A stretch of 64,000 bases of DNA, from assembly GCA_050730675.1 (NCBI GenBank), contig JBOHNM010000002.1, positions 1,395 to 65,394 on the forward strand. The letters run 5' to 3'. Of the stretch, positions 28,723-38,513 are shown piece after piece. The DNA is from Phycisphaerales bacterium (GTDB lineage Bacteria > Planctomycetota > Phycisphaerae > Phycisphaerales > UBA1924). Position 1 is the first letter of the stretch. Every line of letters starts with the position of its first letter. The notes below the pieces were generated by a model. That model saw nothing but the letters and a program-made list of their open reading frames with translations. It ran no database searches and was not told where the DNA came from. Both the position numbers and the translations under genes were made by a program.

Positions 28723-28740
28723 CTTCACACACCCTTAACC
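28723..28740 (+). promoter_or_regulatory. candidate Pho box upstream of pstS
   Basis: Two 7-nt direct repeats with a 4-nt spacer (CTTCACA-cacc-CTTAACC), about 85 nt upstream of the pstS ATG. PhoB/PhoP-type regulators bind 11-bp-phased direct repeats. No cognate consensus is known for this lineage. Confidence 0.3.
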
Positions 28741-28822
28741 GTCGCGACGCCAGTGGGCGAAGCCCTCCCAATACCCTTCTGGCGAGTTCAGAAACCCTCT
28801 CTCCCTCCACTGGAGACCATCC

Positions 28823-29899
28823 ATGACCCTGACGACCCTGTTCCATAACGGACTCGCCGCCGCGGCCATTGCCATGGCCACCACCGGCGCCATCGCTGCT
28901 GATGTCAAGCTGACCGGCGCGGGCGCGACGTTCCCCCAGCCCCTGTACGAGCGCTGGACGGTTGAATACCAGAAGGCCAATCCCGACGTCAAGATCACCT
29001 ACGAGGGCGGAGGCTCGGGCGCCGGCATCAAGCGGATCACGGACAAGACGTGCGCCTTCGGCGCCAGTGATGCTCCGCTGAGCGAGAAGGAGATCGAGGC
29101 CCTCGGCGGCACCTCCGCGGTGATCCAGTTCCCCACCGTCGCGGGCGGCGTCGTGCCGGCGTACAACATCCCCGACGTCAAGAGCGAGTTGAAGTTCACC
29201 GGTGAGGTGATCTCCGACATCTACCTCGGCAAGATCAGCAAGTGGAACGACAAGGCGATCACCGACCTGAACCCCGGCGTGAAGCTCCCCGACCTGGCGA
29301 TCACGCCGGCGTGGCGCTCCGACGGCTCGGGCACGACCTATGTCTTCACCAGCTACCTCGCGACGCAGTCGAAGGACTTCAAGACGGCTGTCGGCGCGGG
29401 CAAGCAGGTGAAGTGGCCGGTCGGCACCGGCGGCAAGGGCAACCCCGGCGTCGCCGCGGTGATCACCCAGACCCCCGGCGCGTTCGGCTACATCGAGCAG
29501 AACTACGCGGTGGCGAACAAGATCGCGTACGGCTCGGTGAAGAACGCCGCGGGCGAGTTCGTCAAGGCGACGATCCCGTCGATGACGGCGGCGGGCGAGG
29601 GCGCGGTGGACAAACTCAAGGGCACCGTGCTCAAGGCCGACATCTGGAACCAGCCGGGCAAGAACGCTTATCCCATCACGGCGTTCACCTACATCATCGT
29701 CAACAACGATCTCCGCAGCGTGAAGACGATGGACGAGGCCGTGGCGCTCAAGAAGTTCCTGGCGTGGGCGCTGAGCGACGCGGGTCAGAAGATCGCCGGG
29801 GACATGGACTATGCCCCCTTGAGCAAGGGCGTGCAGAAGGCTTCGCAGACGGCGCTCGAGACCGTCACGTTCGAGGGCAAGCCGGTCAACGCGAAGTGA
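28823..29899 (+). CDS. pstS: phosphate ABC transporter substrate-binding protein
   Basis: Signal peptide, then LTGAGATFPQPLYERW...YEGGGSGAGIK...FGASDAPLS...WRSDGSGTTYVFT. Confidence 0.95.
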   Translation: MTLTTLFHNGLAAAAIAMATTGAIAADVKLTGAGATFPQPLYERWTVEYQKANPDVKITYEGGGSGAGIKRITDKTCAFGASDAPLSEKEIEALGGTSAVIQFPTVAGGVVPAYNIPDVKSELKFTGEVISDIYLGKISKWNDKAITDLNPGVKLPDLAITPAWRSDGSGTTYVFTSYLATQSKDFKTAVGAGKQVKWPVGTGGKGNPGVAAVITQTPGAFGYIEQNYAVANKIAYGSVKNAAGEFVKATIPSMTAAGEGAVDKLKGTVLKADIWNQPGKNAYPITAFTYIIVNNDLRSVKTMDEAVALKKFLAWALSDAGQKIAGDMDYAPLSKGVQKASQTALETVTFEGKPVNAK

Positions 29900-29932
29900 T
29901 CGTGACGCGATCGGTAGCGAATTGAGATTTGT

Positions 29933-29965
29933 CCCATCGCCCGCTTACGCGGGCGATGGGTTTTT
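29933..29965 (+). terminator. intercistronic rho-independent terminator/attenuator between pstS and pstC
   Basis: Perfect 12-bp stem CCCATCGCCCGC-TTAC-GCGGGCGATGGG followed by TTTTT. It lies 34 nt after the pstS stop and inside the 5' extension of the track pstC ORF. Confidence 0.75.
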
Positions 29966-29976
29966 CGGAGCAGCAC

Positions 29977-31164
29977 GTGACGGCGATTCCCACACAGTCC
30001 GGGTTGGAGTTGCCGGGCGGGAGCGGGGACGCGCCCGCTCCCACCCCCACGCCGGCTGCGAAGGCTCAGAAACGCTCGCGACTGCGGATCGGAGACTTCG
30101 TTCTGGGGATGCTGGCGCGCGGCAGCGGGCTCTCGATCATCCTGATGCTGGTGGCGCTGGTTGGCCTGCTGTTCATCGCGGCGCTGCCGAGCATCCGGCA
30201 CTTCGGGTGGGGGTTCCTCGTCAGCAGCCAGTGGCAGGTGAACGAACGTGTGGAGCCGGTGCGCGACGCGGCGGGCGAGATCCTGACCGACGCCGCGGGC
30301 GAGGCGATCACGCAGGTCGTGCCGCCGACGTTCGGGGCGCTGCCGTTCATTTACGGGACGTTCGTGACGAGCGTGATCGCGCTGGTGGTGGCGGTGCCGC
30401 TGAGCCTGGGGTGCGCGATCTTCATCGTGCGGATCGCGCCGAGGTACCGGCTGGCGGCGCCGATCTCGTTCCTGGTTGAGTTCCTGGCGGCCATCCCGTC
30501 GATCGCGTACGGCATGTGGGGGCTATTCGTGCTCTGTCCGTTTATGGCACAGCGCGTGTACCCGTGGCTGGTGCCGGCCCTGCGCGACGGCGTGGCGCCG
30601 GTCGTGTCGAAGCTGAGCGGCGGCGCGATCACGCTCGATTGGCTCTTTGGTCAGAAACTCAATATCAACGGTGTGATCATCAACCGGGCCTACTCGCTCA
30701 ATGGGTACGACATCCTCTCGGGCGGGCTGGTGCTGGCGATCATGATCCTGCCGATCATCACGGCCGTGTCGCGCGATGTGCTCAAGGCCGTGCCGCGCCA
30801 GCAGATCGAGGGGACGCTGGCGTTGGGGGCGACTTGGTGGCAGAGCTGCCGCGGCATGCTGCGGTACGCCCGTGCGGGGCTGTTCGGGGCGATCATGCTG
30901 GGTCTGGCCCGCGCAGCGGGCGAGACGATGGCGGTGACGATGGTGATCGGCAACCAGATCCAGATCGCGCCGTCACCGTTTGCCGCGGCGTCATCGATGT
31001 CGAGCCTCCTGGCCAACCAGTTTTCCGAGGCCGAGTCGGGCTCGCTGCACTACGCGGCGCTCATGCACGTGGCGCTGGTGCTGCTGGTGATGTCGCTGCT
31101 GTTCAACGTGGTGGCGCGGTGGCTGGTCGTCGGGGGAGGGAGCCGCACATCGGCGGCGCACTGA
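29977..31164 (+). CDS. pstC: phosphate ABC transporter permease PstC
   Basis: Start moved to in-frame GTG 29977 (GGAG 6 nt upstream), because the track start at 29929 sits inside the terminator hairpin. Polytopic permease with the EAA-type loop LGATWWQ... Confidence 0.85.
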   Translation: MTAIPTQSGLELPGGSGDAPAPTPTPAAKAQKRSRLRIGDFVLGMLARGSGLSIILMLVALVGLLFIAALPSIRHFGWGFLVSSQWQVNERVEPVRDAAGEILTDAAGEAITQVVPPTFGALPFIYGTFVTSVIALVVAVPLSLGCAIFIVRIAPRYRLAAPISFLVEFLAAIPSIAYGMWGLFVLCPFMAQRVYPWLVPALRDGVAPVVSKLSGGAITLDWLFGQKLNINGVIINRAYSLNGYDILSGGLVLAIMILPIITAVSRDVLKAVPRQQIEGTLALGATWWQSCRGMLRYARAGLFGAIMLGLARAAGETMAVTMVIGNQIQIAPSPFAAASSMSSLLANQFSEAESGSLHYAALMHVALVLLVMSLLFNVVARWLVVGGGSRTSAAH

Positions 31165-31165
31165 G

Positions 31166-32059
31166 ATGGGGAGCAAACGCGTCCAACTCGTGAACCGGGC
31201 CAAGAGCCACGCGATGTACGGCGTGTGCGTCGGCTTCGGCGTGCTCATCGTGGCGCTCCTGGTGCTGGTGACTGCGTACATCCTCTTCCGCGGGTTCGCC
31301 GGGTTGCTGACGCACGACGCGGCGGGGGGCATCACGGGGATCAACTGGGGCTTCTTCACGCAGTTGCCGACGGGCAACTCCAAGGATCCCGGCGGGATGC
31401 CGCACGCGATTGTGGGAACGATCTACCTGTTGGGGATGGCCAGCATCATGGGCATCCCCATGGGTGTGCTGACGGGCATCTACTTGTCGGAGTACCGCGG
31501 CGAAGGGTGGCTGATCAACTCGGTGCGGTTCATCGCCGACGTGCTGGCAGGTGTGCCCAGTATCGTGGTGGGCATACTGGGCTACGAGCTGGTGGTGCGG
31601 CCGATCGGCAACACCAACGGCTACGCCGGTGCGCTGGCGATGGCGTTCATCATGATCCCGCTGGTGGCTCGTACGACGGAAGAAATGCTGACACTGGTGC
31701 CGCAGAGCTTCCGCGAGGGGAGCCTGGCCTTGGGGGCGACCAAATCGCAGACGATTCTGAAAGTAGTGCTGCCGGCGGCGAGCGGGAGCGTAGTGACGGG
31801 CATCATGCTGGCGCTGGCGCGGATCGCCGGCGAGACGGCGCCGCTGCTGTTCACAGTCGGGGCCAGTCGCTTCATGCCCGGCAACCCCGATGAGTCGTAC
31901 CCCTCGCTGATGGTGACGATCTACCGCTATACCGCCGGCACGCTGGAAGAGAAGGAACTGGCGTGGTCGGGGATCCTCGCGCTCATTGTGCTGGTGTTCC
32001 TGTTGAACCTGGCGATCCGCGCGGTTACGGCCCGTTCGATGGCGTTGCGGTTCCGCTAA
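31166..32059 (+). CDS. pstA: phosphate ABC transporter permease PstA
   Basis: Polytopic. FREGSLALGATKSQTILKVVLP...RIAGETAPLLFT are typical PstA motifs. It starts 1 nt after the pstC stop. Confidence 0.9.
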   Translation: MGSKRVQLVNRAKSHAMYGVCVGFGVLIVALLVLVTAYILFRGFAGLLTHDAAGGITGINWGFFTQLPTGNSKDPGGMPHAIVGTIYLLGMASIMGIPMGVLTGIYLSEYRGEGWLINSVRFIADVLAGVPSIVVGILGYELVVRPIGNTNGYAGALAMAFIMIPLVARTTEEMLTLVPQSFREGSLALGATKSQTILKVVLPAASGSVVTGIMLALARIAGETAPLLFTVGASRFMPGNPDESYPSLMVTIYRYTAGTLEEKELAWSGILALIVLVFLLNLAIRAVTARSMALRFR

Positions 32060-32106
32060 GATTGTGAAGATCCCTTGATCGGAGTGTCCGGCAGCGAGAC
32101 GATGTC

Positions 32107-33045
32107 ATGCTGATGACCAACGCGGACCAAACAACCAGGAGCCCGGTGCAGGTGCAGGCCCCGCGGGCCGCGGGGCACTTGGCGCCCGCGCCGATCACGC
32201 ATGAAGAAGCCGTGCGTGAGTACAACGTCCTTGAAGCGATCCGCCGCAACGAGCACGTCAACTCGACGGTCCACCCCAGCGTTCTGGCCGACCCCGCGGT
32301 GATCACGGTCAAGGACTTCAACCTCTGGTACAGCAAGCACCACGCCCTGCACCACATTTCCATGCCGGTGCCCCTGGGCAAGGTGACGGCGATGATCGGT
32401 CCGTCGGGCTGCGGCAAGAGCACGCTGCTGCGCTGCGTCAACCGCATGAACGACCTGGTGGACGGGGTGAAGATCACCGGTGTCATGAAGCTGCGCGACC
32501 AGGACCTGTACGGCAAGGGCGTGGACATCATCAGCCTGCGCCGGCGGATCGGCATGGTCTTCCAGAAGCCCAATCCGTTCCCGATGTCGATCTTCGAGAA
32601 CGTGGCCTACCCGCTGAAGATCCACGGGGAGAACCGCAAGTCCGTTTTGGAGCCGGCGGTCGAGAACGCCCTGCGCGGGGCGGCCTTGTGGGATGAGGTG
32701 AAGGACCGGTTGAAGCAGTCGGCCCTGGGGATGTCCGGCGGCCAACAGCAGCGGCTGTGCATCGCGCGGGCGATTGTGGTGAATCCCGAGATCCTGCTGA
32801 TGGACGAGCCGTGCTCGGCGCTCGATCCCATTGCTACGTTGCGGGTTGAGGAATTGATCCACGAGATCAGCCAGAAGTACACCGTGCTCATCGTCACGCA
32901 CAACATGCAGCAGGCGGCCCGCGTCTCCAACTTTACGGCCTTCATGTACCTCGGCCGTTTGGTGGAATACGGGAAAACCGCTGACATCTTCCAGAACCCT
33001 AAGCTGGCGGAAACCGAGAATTACGTCACCGGCCGATTCGGCTGA
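32107..33045 (+). CDS. pstB: phosphate ABC transporter ATP-binding protein
   Basis: Walker [10 protein letters not shown], signature [14 protein letters not shown] (here [14 protein letters not shown]), Walker [14 protein letters not shown]-loop IVTHNMQQA. Confidence 0.95.
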   Translation: MLMTNADQTTRSPVQVQAPRAAGHLAPAPITHEEAVREYNVLEAIRRNEHVNSTVHPSVLADPAVITVKDFNLWYSKHHALHHISMPVPLGKVTAMIGPSGCGKSTLLRCVNRMNDLVDGVKITGVMKLRDQDLYGKGVDIISLRRRIGMVFQKPNPFPMSIFENVAYPLKIHGENRKSVLEPAVENALRGAALWDEVKDRLKQSALGMSGGQQQRLCIARAIVVNPEILLMDEPCSALDPIATLRVEELIHEISQKYTVLIVTHNMQQAARVSNFTAFMYLGRLVEYGKTADIFQNPKLAETENYVTGRFG

Positions 33046-33159
33046 TTCAGCCGCCGGGGCGATCCAACGGCGTAAACTCCCCGAACCTGTCCGGCCTTTG
33101 GCGGCCGGGGCGGGGAGTTGTCCCTTTGTTCAACACCACTGATTTACGCAGGTCATTCC

Positions 33160-36090
33160 ATGTCCAGTCCCGTCAAAGCCGTCCCCCCGTCCATCAACGG
33201 CTGGAACGCCGAGTACCTCGAAGCCCAGTACCAGCAGTTCCTCCAGGACGCGTCGTCCGTTCCCGCCGATCTCCAGGCGTTTTTCCAAGGGTTTGATCTC
33301 GCCCGGTCGGCGAGTGTTCCCGCCGCTGGAGCCGGCCGACCAACAGCCGCGCCACCCGCCAGCGGAGACGTTCGCGAGGCCATTCGACTGGCCGCAGGGA
33401 CGCAGAGCCTGATTGATTCTTACCGACGCTTCGGCCATTTCGCGGCCAAGCTCGACGTCTTCGACCGCCCGCGGGCCCGCCCGGCCAGTTTGGAATTGGC
33501 CGCCCACGGGTTGAGCGATGCCGACCTGGACAAGACCGTCGTCGCCGGGTCGCTACCGGTCAATCCGGGATCGACGCTGCGGCAGGTGCGCGAGCGGCTG
33601 GAGCAGACGTATTGCGGCACCATCGGCGCGCAGTACATGCACATCGCCGACGACGCCCAGCGCGAATGGATGCGCCAGAAGTGCGAGAGCAACAGCGGCC
33701 GCCCGTCGCTGACGCGCGACGAGAAGGTGCAGGTGCTCGAGTGCGTGATCAAGTCGGAGCAGTTCGAGCGGTTCCTGCAGAAGCGCTACCCGGGCGACAA
33801 GCGGTTCAGCCTTGAGGGGGGCGAGTCGCTCATTCCGCTGCTGGAGCGGGTGATCCGCGCCGCGGGCGAGAGCAAGGTCGAAGAGATCGTCATCGGCATG
33901 CCCCACCGTGGGCGCTTGAATGTGCTGAACAACGTGCTCGGCAAGACCTACGAGCAGATCTTCACCGAGTTCGAGGACAACTTCGACGAGGACTTTGCCG
34001 ACGGCGGCGGCGACGTGAAGTACCACCGCGGGTACTCGGGCGAGCGTAAGCTCCCCGGCGGGCGGAGCATGAGCCTCTCGGTCGCGAGCAACCCGAGCCA
34101 CCTGGAGTCGGTGAATGCGGTGGTTGCCGGGCGCTGCCGTGCCAAGCAGCGGCTGCGCAACGACACCGAGCGCAAGCGCGTGATCCCGATCACGATCCAC
34201 GGCGATGCCGGGATCATCGGCCAGGGCGTGAACTTCGAGGTGATGAACTTCGCGCAGCTCGAGGGGTACACCTGCGGCGGCACCATCCACGCGGTCATCA
34301 ACAACATGATCGGGTTCACAACGACCCCCGAGGACTCGCGGAGCAGCCCGTACTGCACCGACGGCGCGCTGATGATCGATGCCCCGGTCTTCCACGTGAA
34401 TGGCGACGACCCGGAGGCGGTGGTGGCGACGGCGCAGATCGCCCTGGAGTACCGCCAGACGTTCAAGCGGGATGTATTCATCGACCTGTGGTGCTTCCGC
34501 AAGTACGGCCATAACGAGCAGGACGAGCAGTCGTTCACGCAGCCGATCCTCGCCGAGTTGATCCGCAACAAGCGGAGCGTGGTGGCGATCTACACCGAGA
34601 AGCTCGTGCGCGACGGCGTGCTCTCGCAGGGCGCGATGGACGAGTTCCTCAAGGCCGTGGACGGCCGCCTCGAGGCGGCGCAGAAGGCCGCCAAGGAGGC
34701 GCCGCACGACCCGACGATCGACCCCGCGGGCAAGCGCTGGCAGGGGATGGGGTGGGACTTCTCGTTCGATCCCGTGAAGACCGCGGTTACGCGCAAGCAG
34801 CTTGAAGAGGTCTGCGCCGTCAACGCGAAGATTCCCGCGGGCTTCGAGGTGAATCCCAAGCTCAAGAAGCTGATGACCGATCGCGCCGCGCTACTGGAGA
34901 CCGGTGCGATTACCTACGCCGACGCCGAGATGCTGGCGATCGGCACGCTCCTGGCCGAAGGGACGCCGGTCCGCATCAGCGGGCAGGATTCCCGCCGCGG
35001 CACCTTCAGCCACCGCCACGCGGTGCTCCGCGACTTCAAGACCGGAGAGCCGTACCTGCCGCTGAACAACATGCGGCCGATCGCGGCGCTGCCGGACGAT
35101 GCCGGCAAGCCGGGGCCCGACGGCAAGCCGACGCAGGCGAAGCTGTGCGTGTACGACAGCTCGCTCAGCGAGTACAGCGTGATGGGTTTCGATTACGGCT
35201 ATTCGCTGGCCGATCCGAACATGCTCGTCATGTGGGAGGCGCAGTTCGGCGACTTCAACAACGGCGCGCAGATCATGATCGACCAGTATCTCGCCAGCGC
35301 CGAGATCAAGTGGAGTCGCTGGTCGGGGCTGACGCTGCTGCTGCCGCACGGGTACGAGGGCGCGGGCCCGGAGCACTCCTCGTGCCGTCTGGAGCGGTTC
35401 CTGCTGCTGTGCGCCGACGACAACATGCAGGTGGTCCACCCGACGACGGGCGCTCAGCTCTTCCACTTGCTGCGTCGTCAGGTGAGCAAGCAGCGCAAGT
35501 TCCGCAAGCCGTTGATCATCGCGACTCCGAAGAGCTACCTGCGCGTCGTCACTTCGCACATCAACGAGTTGATGGAGGGGACGTTCCGCGAACTGCTCGA
35601 CGACCCGTACTTCGAGAAGGGCAAGGACGGTCACAAGGGCGACCGCAAGCAGGTCCGGCGCGTGATGCTCTGCTCCGGCAAGTTCTACCACGAGCTGGCC
35701 GAGCGGCGCGATGTGATCAAGCGGTACGACACGGCGCTGGTGCGCGTCGAACAGATGTACCCGTTCCATGCGGGGATGGCCAAGGAGATCCTGGCGAAGT
35801 ATCCGGCCAAGGCGGAACTGGTCTACGCCCAAGAGGAGCCGCGCAACGCCGGCTCGTTCCTGTTCGTGGACGACGTGATGCGGCAGGCAGGGATGCCGAT
35901 CGCCAAGTACATCGGGCGCAAGTCCAGCGCGACGCCGGCGACCGGGTCCAAGCACAAGCACAAGGAGGAGCAGGAGGCGCTGCTCACCGAGGCGATCGGC
36001 CCCGGCCCGGGCAAGACCGATGCTCATGCTCCGGTCGCCACAGCGGAGACCGGCGCGACTACCGTCGGCGGGTCCAAGAAGTCCAAGTAA
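33160..36090 (+). CDS. sucA: 2-oxoglutarate dehydrogenase E1 component
   Basis: NAEYLEAQYQQFLQD, RFGHFAAKLD, KRFSLEGGESLIP, GMPHRGRLNVL, HGDAGIIGQGV, LLLPHGYEGAGPEHSS. Start trimmed to ATG 33160. Confidence 0.95.
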   Translation: MSSPVKAVPPSINGWNAEYLEAQYQQFLQDASSVPADLQAFFQGFDLARSASVPAAGAGRPTAAPPASGDVREAIRLAAGTQSLIDSYRRFGHFAAKLDVFDRPRARPASLELAAHGLSDADLDKTVVAGSLPVNPGSTLRQVRERLEQTYCGTIGAQYMHIADDAQREWMRQKCESNSGRPSLTRDEKVQVLECVIKSEQFERFLQKRYPGDKRFSLEGGESLIPLLERVIRAAGESKVEEIVIGMPHRGRLNVLNNVLGKTYEQIFTEFEDNFDEDFADGGGDVKYHRGYSGERKLPGGRSMSLSVASNPSHLESVNAVVAGRCRAKQRLRNDTERKRVIPITIHGDAGIIGQGVNFEVMNFAQLEGYTCGGTIHAVINNMIGFTTTPEDSRSSPYCTDGALMIDAPVFHVNGDDPEAVVATAQIALEYRQTFKRDVFIDLWCFRKYGHNEQDEQSFTQPILAELIRNKRSVVAIYTEKLVRDGVLSQGAMDEFLKAVDGRLEAAQKAAKEAPHDPTIDPAGKRWQGMGWDFSFDPVKTAVTRKQLEEVCAVNAKIPAGFEVNPKLKKLMTDRAALLETGAITYADAEMLAIGTLLAEGTPVRISGQDSRRGTFSHRHAVLRDFKTGEPYLPLNNMRPIAALPDDAGKPGPDGKPTQAKLCVYDSSLSEYSVMGFDYGYSLADPNMLVMWEAQFGDFNNGAQIMIDQYLASAEIKWSRWSGLTLLLPHGYEGAGPEHSSCRLERFLLLCADDNMQVVHPTTGAQLFHLLRRQVSKQRKFRKPLIIATPKSYLRVVTSHINELMEGTFRELLDDPYFEKGKDGHKGDRKQVRRVMLCSGKFYHELAERRDVIKRYDTALVRVEQMYPFHAGMAKEILAKYPAKAELVYAQEEPRNAGSFLFVDDVMRQAGMPIAKYIGRKSSATPATGSKHKHKEEQEALLTEAIGPGPGKTDAHAPVATAETGATTVGGSKKSK

Positions 36091-36141
36091 CGCCGCGGGC
36101 CGGCACACGGCCCGCGCCACAGCAAGGAATCGCGGCGAAAC

Positions 36142-37440
36142 ATGGCGGTTGACATCATTATTCCGGAGATGGGCGAGTCGGTTCGGACCGGCGTCATCGC
36201 CCGTTGGCTGAAGAACGAAGGCGACTCCGTCAAGCGCGACGAGCCGGTGCTCGAGCTGGAGACGGACAAGATCACGGCGGAGATCACCGCCCCGGCGGCC
36301 GGCGGCCTGAAGCACATGGCCAAGGCCGGCGACACGGTCGCGGTCGGCGCCGTGGTGGGACAGGTCGATGAAAGCAAGGTCGGGGGCGCACCCGCCGCAG
36401 CACCGGCGCCGGCGGCACCTGCCAAGGCCGCGGTTGCGGCCCAAGCGGCCAAGCCTGCCGCGGCGCCTGAGCCTGCGCGATCGGCCAATGGTGTTCACGG
36501 CTCCGACGTTCGGGCGACGCCGCTGGCTAAGAAACTCGCCGATGAGCATGGCGTAGAGATCTCGCGCGTATCGGGCACGGGTCCGGGTGGTCGTGTTCGC
36601 GAGCAGGACGTGCTCGACTACGTCCACCGCGCTCCCGAACCGGAGCCCAAGGCGGTCGCGGTCACGACGGCGCCAAGCTTGGCTCCTCGTGCTGCCAGCG
36701 CACCGGCGGTTTCAGCTTCGGGGGCTCGCCGCGAGCGGGTTTCGCCGCTGCGGACACGAATTGCCCAGCGGCTGGTCGAGGCCCAGCACACCGCCGCGAT
36801 GCTCACCACGTTCAACGAAGTGGACATGAGCGCGGTGATGGCGCTGCGGACCAGGTACAAGGAAGAGTTCGAGAAGAAGCACGGCGTCGGCCTGGGTTTC
36901 ATGTCGTTCTTCGTCAAGGCGGCAGTGCATGCCCTGCAGAAGTTTCCGCTCGTCAACGCATCGCTCGCGCAGGGCGCAGACGGCTCGCTCGAAGTCGAGC
37001 ACCACGAAGGTGCGCACATCGCGATGGCGGTGAGCACGCCCAAGGGGCTCACCGTCCCGGTGCTGCGCAACTGTGAGCGTCGGTCGTTCGCCGACATCGA
37101 AGCAGGGATCAAGGAGCTCGCGGCCAAGGCCCGCGACGGCAAACTTGCGCTCGACGACCTCCAGGGCGGCACGTTCACGATCACCAACGGCGGCGTGTTC
37201 GGTTCGCTTCTCTCGACGCCGATCCTCAACGCGCCGCAGTCGGCGATCCTCGGCATGCACGCCATCAAGAACCGCCCGGTCGAGAACCCCGACAAGCCCG
37301 GGGAAATCGTCCTGCGCCCCATGATGTACTTGGCCGTCAGCTACGACCACCGTTTGCTGGACGGCTCGGAGGCGGTCCAATTCCTGGTGGCGATCAAGAA
37401 CGCCATCGAGAAGCCCGAGCGGGTGCTGCTGGGTGTATGA
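36142..37440 (+). CDS. sucB: dihydrolipoyllysine-residue succinyltransferase (E2o)
   Basis: Lipoyl domain ([15 protein letters not shown]), E3-binding domain ([28 protein letters not shown]), catalytic domain (SYDHRLLDG). Confidence 0.95.
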   Translation: MAVDIIIPEMGESVRTGVIARWLKNEGDSVKRDEPVLELETDKITAEITAPAAGGLKHMAKAGDTVAVGAVVGQVDESKVGGAPAAAPAPAAPAKAAVAAQAAKPAAAPEPARSANGVHGSDVRATPLAKKLADEHGVEISRVSGTGPGGRVREQDVLDYVHRAPEPEPKAVAVTTAPSLAPRAASAPAVSASGARRERVSPLRTRIAQRLVEAQHTAAMLTTFNEVDMSAVMALRTRYKEEFEKKHGVGLGFMSFFVKAAVHALQKFPLVNASLAQGADGSLEVEHHEGAHIAMAVSTPKGLTVPVLRNCERRSFADIEAGIKELAAKARDGKLALDDLQGGTFTITNGGVFGSLLSTPILNAPQSAILGMHAIKNRPVENPDKPGEIVLRPMMYLAVSYDHRLLDGSEAVQFLVAIKNAIEKPERVLLGV

Positions 37441-37692
37441 TCGGGTGCGGCCAAGCACCGGAATCGGTGCCTGTCAGGACCGAATTCCCCCGACGGTTAC
37501 CGGACAGCGCGTTGAGGAGTGGGGAGAATTGCGTTTTTTTGCGCCCGTCAAGGGAGCAGATTTACCAATCGGCTCGTATGGGCTATCGTCGCTTCTCGCT
37601 TGGGGGGATCGTGAACTGGCCACTCGGCTGGTTGTATCGGAGAGTTTCTGTAACCAGGTCCCCGGCTACCCGCCGCCCGGAAGGGTCAATTT

Positions 37693-38427
37693 ATGTCACA
37701 AAGCGCTCCTCTTGTTCGTGAAGTGGTCGAGGCCGATGTCCTCGCTGTTTGGGACTCGCTGATCGGCGACTCGGGGGCCGACGTGGCCATCCTCGACGCC
37801 GACGGCCGCTTCCAATATGTCAGTCCCGTCCTGAGCTGGTGGGCGATCGGCCCGTCCCGCGGGGACATCATGGGCAAAACGCTGCACGAGGTGCTCCCCA
37901 AGGAAATCGCCGACGAGCGGCTGACGATCATCCAGCGCGTGGCCGCAACCGGTCGCTCGGTGGTGCTGCACGCCCAGTGGCGCGGCATCCGCACGCGGAC
38001 GACGATCCGCCTGCTCCCAGGGGCCAAGGATCAGGGTGCCCGCATCCTGACGGTCTGCCGCGGCGCTGTGCCTGCCGATCACACCAAGGCCGCGATGGCG
38101 GACACCGAGGTTGTTCACGCCAAGCACATCGACAAAGGCCCGCTGGCGTCGCTGACGCCGCGCGAGCTGGAGATCCTGGGCATGATCGGTCGCGGCATGA
38201 CCACAGCCGCGATCGCCAAGAAGCTCTTCCGCAGCCGCAAGACGATCGAGGCGCACCGGCTGTCGCTGGGCGCCAAGCTCGGGGTCCGCAACCGTGTTGA
38301 ACTGGCGCGGATCGCGCTGCAATCGGGCCTCGTGACCGACGAAGACGAGACCGACACGCCCGGTGGGCTGGGCGCTGCGAACCAGGCGGACGCGCGGCCG
38401 GCGCCCGTCCGCCTGCCGCTCCGCTGA
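37693..38427 (+). CDS. PAS-domain LuxR-family transcriptional regulator
   Basis: N-terminal PAS-like region (ILDADGRFQYVSPVLSWW...). C-terminal HTH LTPRELEILGMIGRGMTTAAIAKKLFRSRKTIEAHRLSLGAKLGV. Confidence 0.8.
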   Translation: MSQSAPLVREVVEADVLAVWDSLIGDSGADVAILDADGRFQYVSPVLSWWAIGPSRGDIMGKTLHEVLPKEIADERLTIIQRVAATGRSVVLHAQWRGIRTRTTIRLLPGAKDQGARILTVCRGAVPADHTKAAMADTEVVHAKHIDKGPLASLTPRELEILGMIGRGMTTAAIAKKLFRSRKTIEAHRLSLGAKLGVRNRVELARIALQSGLVTDEDETDTPGGLGAANQADARPAPVRLPLR

Positions 38428-38456
38428 CCGCCGGCAATCTTGAATATGTTTTGGCG

Positions 38457-38476
38457 GCCCCCGTGCGAGCGGGGGC
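38457..38476 (+). terminator. rho-independent terminator after the LuxR-family gene
   Basis: GCCCCCG-TGCGAG-CGGGGGC followed by TGTTCCTTTTTGTT. It lies between convergent genes. Confidence 0.6.
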
Positions 38477-38513
38477 TGTTCCTTTTTGTTGTGTCGGAGG
38501 AAGAGTTGGCGGG

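Noticed and set aside
36095-36115. Hairpin GCGGGCCG-GCACA-CGGCCCGC after sucA as a terminator
   Set aside because: No U-run follows, and sucB starts 27 nt later in the same operon. It is more likely an mRNA-stabilising or incidental GC hairpin.
33553-36627. 384-aa and 578-aa minus-strand ORFs opposite sucA/sucB
   Set aside because: Antisense shadow ORFs. The plus-strand frames carry the full E1o and E2o motif sets.
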